This document shows, piece after piece, positions 60,090 through 64,000 of a stretch of DNA of 64,000 nt; positions within the stretch are counted from its first letter, which is position 1; every line of letters begins with the position of its first letter. Origin of the DNA: Sulfurimonas sp. Its GTDB lineage: Bacteria > Campylobacterota > Campylobacteria > Campylobacterales > Sulfurimonadaceae. Under the pieces are notes generated by a model. That model made no database searches and was not told the DNA's origin. It saw only the letters and a list, made by a program, of their open reading frames with translations. The stretch is taken from contig JAQTZE010000004.1 of NCBI GenBank assembly GCA_028687935.1, positions 3,875-67,874 on the forward strand. Direction: 5' to 3'. The position numbers were made by a program, and so were the translations under genes.

Positions 60090-60470
60090 ATGAAGTTTTC
60101 TAATGTATTGAGTAGTGTTTTAGTAGTAGTTGCGTTTAGTGCATGTTGGAGTACAGAGTCTCCTGAAAAAGTTGCTGTTGCAATGTGTGAGTTTGCTAAA
60201 CAAGCAGATATTAAAGGGATGAAAGAACTCTCAACTCCAGAATTTGCAAAACAATTTGCACAGATAGAGGAGCTTTTCAATGCAGCAACTGCAACAGAAG
60301 AAGGAAAAGCAGAATTAGCAAAGCAAGTAGCTTCTATGAGCGCTATAGACTGTAAAACAAGTTCAAAAATTACAGATATCAATGAAACAATGAAACAAGT
60401 AAGCAATAGCGAAACTGCACAAGAGTTTAAACTTACTCTTGTTGATGGTAAATGGAAAGTTACAAACTAA
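60090..60470 (+). CDS. Lipoprotein (DUF4878-like)
   Basis: 126 aa. Lipobox AFSAC. Confidence 0.6.
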   Translation: MKFSNVLSSVLVVVAFSACWSTESPEKVAVAMCEFAKQADIKGMKELSTPEFAKQFAQIEELFNAATATEEGKAELAKQVASMSAIDCKTSSKITDINETMKQVSNSETAQEFKLTLVDGKWKVTN

Positions 60471-60481
60471 AACTTTCTCTC

Positions 60482-60502
60482 AAGCTTGCCTTAGGCAAGT
60501 TT
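60482..60502. terminator. Hairpin between convergent genes
   Basis: aagcttgcc-tta-ggcaagttt. The loop is the stop codon of the minus-strand gene. Confidence 0.55.
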
Positions 60503-61141
60503 GAAAAATTCTGCGGCTTCTAGCTCGTCATCTGTGAGTGTTTCTAATGCGTAGGCATCATCATTTAGCATGATTTCTTTGACTCTTTTTTGGCAGTGTG
60601 CATAGAGAATCTGTGCAGTTTTTTCTTCATCTTTGATAAATCCAAGACCGCTAAACTGATAGGGACTCTCTTGTTCAATACAAAGTAAAGTACCTTCACA
60701 ATTCGCTTCAATCACTTCAACCAATTCTCTGTATTTGATAGCAAATTCCGTAGCATTCCAGCCGATATCTTCTATCTTTGAAGATGAAAATTCACTTACC
60801 CCATCACCAGTTGTGTCATCATAAGATGCTCTTGGAAGATTGACACCAATGAGTGCTTGCCAATTTGAAAATGCTTTGATAAGAACTCTCTCCTCATCTT
60901 CAACAATTTGATAGTTTTTTCCGAAAATCTCTGCGATAGAAGGAGCTGGTTTTGGCATAAGTACACTTGATTTTTGTGTTGTATATTTACCTTGAAAAAT
61001 AAAAATATCATGTTCAGCATAAGGTTCATGTTTTACCTCGCCTGAGATAGTTATAGAAAACTCTTTAGATGTGTTGATAGCTTTAAGCAGATCTGTTTTT
61101 TGTACGACAATGATCTCTTTAAAGAGGTTGAATTTTTTCAT
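60491..61141 (-). CDS. Hypothetical cytoplasmic protein
   Basis: 216 aa ORF flanked by a terminator hairpin. I recognise no domain. Confidence 0.5.
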   Translation of the reverse strand: MKKFNLFKEIIVVQKTDLLKAINTSKEFSITISGEVKHEPYAEHDIFIFQGKYTTQKSSVLMPKPAPSIAEIFGKNYQIVEDEERVLIKAFSNWQALIGVNLPRASYDDTTGDGVSEFSSSKIEDIGWNATEFAIKYRELVEVIEANCEGTLLCIEQESPYQFSGLGFIKDEEKTAQILYAHCQKRVKEIMLNDDAYALETLTDDELEAAEFFKLA

Positions 61142-61181
61142 TTTACATCCTCGGATTTTGGTTAATTTGCCCGTATTATAA

Positions 61182-62279
<1,098 letters not shown>

Positions 62280-62284
62280 AATAG

Positions 62285-62303
62285 CGACGCAACTTCTGCG
62301 TCG
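62285..62303 (+). terminator. Hairpin downstream of ilvC
   Basis: cgacgca-acttc-tgcgtcg. No U-run follows. Confidence 0.4.
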
Positions 62304-62464
62304 TTACACTCGTCACGTACGATAGTACGCTTCCTCGTTAGACTCCTTGAATTTTCATCACTCTTTTAGTTTTTAGTCTCTTGCATATTTTTATTATTGC
62401 ACTTTTTACTGCGTTTGTTAATAACTTTTTGCTATAGTTGCGCCATTTACAATAAGGATTTTTC

Positions 62465-62869
62465 ATGTTTTTAGAGTCGTTTCTCTTTTTTCTACTTTTC
62501 TTCTTTTCTGCTGTTGGAGTTTTAGTTCTGTTTTTATTTTTGTATGCAAAAGTTACTCCTTATGACGATTATAGTCTAATATTTAAGGAAAATAATTTAG
62601 CAGCAGCTGTTGCGTTTGGTGGAGCAGTTCTTGGACTTTGTATCCCTCTTTATAGTGCGCTTGTGAGTTCTGTCTCTTATGTAGATTTTATTCTTTGGGC
62701 TATTGTGGCGATGGGCGTTCAGTTAGTGTTGGCGTTTATGATGATTCGTATCAATATGAAGTTTTCATTTGAAAAACTTATAGAGAACGGTGTTGTTCCT
62801 GTAGGCGTATTCATGGCGTTTTTATCTATCTCTGTAGGACTCTTAAACGCAGGCTCAATGAGTTACTAA
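62465..62869 (+). CDS. DUF350 family membrane protein
   Basis: 134 aa with 4 TM helices. The KVTPYDDYSLIFKENNLAAAV motif is typical of DUF350. Confidence 0.7.
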   Translation: MFLESFLFFLLFFFSAVGVLVLFLFLYAKVTPYDDYSLIFKENNLAAAVAFGGAVLGLCIPLYSALVSSVSYVDFILWAIVAMGVQLVLAFMMIRINMKFSFEKLIENGVVPVGVFMAFLSISVGLLNAGSMSY

Positions 62870-62899
62870 AACTAAAATAGCCAAGTAATATATTCTATT

Positions 62900-64000
62900 T
62901 TATACTTCTTCGGCTTGTTGTTTTAGTAGTTCTATAAACGCAGCTTCTGGGATTGCTTTTGATTTCAGATAGCCTTGGTAGAAGTCACATTTTTTCTTCT
63001 GCAGATACTCAAGTTGATACTCTTCTTCCACGCCTTCAGCAATAGTTTTTAGGCCTAAAGACTCTCCCATGAGAAGAATTGTATTGAGTAAAATAAGATT
63101 CTTCTCATTTCCTTTTATGATCTCATCGACAAAACTCTTATCAATCTTAATCGCATCAATTGGAAACTTTTGAAGATACTGCAAAGATGAATAGCCCGTT
63201 CCAAAATCATCAAGATAGATACTAATACCAAGTTCGCGGACTTTATGCAACAGATCTGAAGCAAAAAGACTATTTTCTACCATAACACTCTCTGTTACTT
63301 CAATAGAGAGATTTTTTGCTTGAATATCGTTTATTTGCAGAGCATGTTTTAAGTGATAGTAGAGTTCTGTATCTTTGGCTTGTAATGTGGATATATTGAC
63401 AGATATATTAATTGCATCAAAGCCAAGTAGTTCTAATTTTTTAATAAAGCGCGCCCCTTCGCAGAGCACAAATTTTCCAATATTTAAAATAAAAGTAGAA
63501 CGCTCGGCAAGTGGAATAAAGGTGTTTGGAAAAATTAAACCTTTTATTTTGTGTTCCCACCTAATGAGGGCTTCGGCGCCTACAATCTTTTGTGTGCTCA
63601 CATCTACTTTTGCTTGATAGTAGAGTTTAAACTCGCCTTCATCTAGGGCTCTGTGCATATCTTCTAGAAGATTTACTTCGTTATGTAGAGCATCATCGAG
63701 TGATTTTGTGAAAAATTTGAAGTTGTTGGTTTCGTGTGCTTTTGCGCTGTACATAGCCATATCTGCGTATTTCATAAGCTCGTGAATATCTTTGGAGTCA
63801 TCAGGATATAGGGCGCAGCCAATACTTGTAGATGATTTGAGTATTTTGCTTTTGACAATAATCTCTTTTTTAAAGATATCTAAAATCTTTTCTATGCCTT
63901 CGAGGATACTTTGTTCATTTTGTATATCACTTAAGATGATGATAAACTCATCGCCGCCGATTCGTGCAACCAAATCATTTTCTCTAAGAGTACTTTTAAG
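62900..64000 (-). CDS. GGDEF-EAL protein, C-terminal part (gene continues beyond the window end)
   Basis: The reading frame is open to nt 64000. The GGDEF motif is RIGGDEF. The EAL domain has EALIRW and DDFGTGYSSL. Confidence 0.88.
   Translation of the reverse strand, partial: LKSTLRENDLVARIGGDEFIIILSDIQNEQSILEGIEKILDIFKKEIIVKSKILKSSTSIGCALYPDDSKDIHELMKYADMAMYSAKAHETNNFKFFTKSLDDALHNEVNLLEDMHRALDEGEFKLYYQAKVDVSTQKIVGAEALIRWEHKIKGLIFPNTFIPLAERSTFILNIGKFVLCEGARFIKKLELLGFDAINISVNISTLQAKDTELYYHLKHALQINDIQAKNLSIEVTESVMVENSLFASDLLHKVRELGISIYLDDFGTGYSSLQYLQKFPIDAIKIDKSFVDEIIKGNEKNLILLNTILLMGESLGLKTIAEGVEEEYQLEYLQKKKCDFYQGYLKSKAIPEAAFIELLKQQAEEV

Overview
This 64-kb chromosomal window comes from an AT-rich member of the Campylobacterota (Epsilonproteobacteria). 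The phylum call rests on synteny: cheY-prmA-ftsH-psd-like-pssA matches C. jejuni Cj1118c-Cj1114c, lysC-hobA-holB-folP matches H. pylori HP1229-HP1232, and nth, a peb4-like PPIase and fba lie near each other. A Sulfurospirillum-like genus is only a guess. I can support about 65 protein-coding genes, and most are core housekeeping. They include ftsH, serS, the rpsF-ssb-rpsR operon, dprA, queA, tatBC, lysC, folP, fba, clpB, the rpmH-rnpA-yidD-yidC-jag-mnmE cluster, and ilvC. Signalling genes are also dense: two MCPs plus an Aer-type PAS protein, two histidine kinases, and three GGDEF/EAL proteins. I recognised no rRNA, tRNA, CRISPR array, IS element, integrase or prophage. The most interesting signals are: (1) The non-palindromic octamer AAACGCAG / CTGCGTTT occurs roughly 55-60 times by eye. 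It appears on both strands about equally, in several reading frames, and in intergenic DNA. That density and symmetry resemble a DNA uptake signal sequence, which to my knowledge has not been described for this phylum. (2) An 87-bp copy of the 3' end of rpsR (85/87 identical) lies 2.2 kb from the real gene, and the two copies bracket an MCP gene as direct repeats. This looks like an insertion footprint. (3) A histidine kinase, a TonB-dependent receptor and a YfiR-like protein form a translationally coupled operon. (4) A possible accessory islet lies between hup and fba. It contains an HTH plus small-ORF pair behind an AT-rich palindromic region, a GH17-polytopic membrane fusion, and a minimal class III nucleotide-cyclase-like gene coupled to an HTH/coiled-coil gene. 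A NERD-nuclease/P-loop fusion protein sits just upstream of hup. All counts and alignments were made by eye and need computational confirmation.
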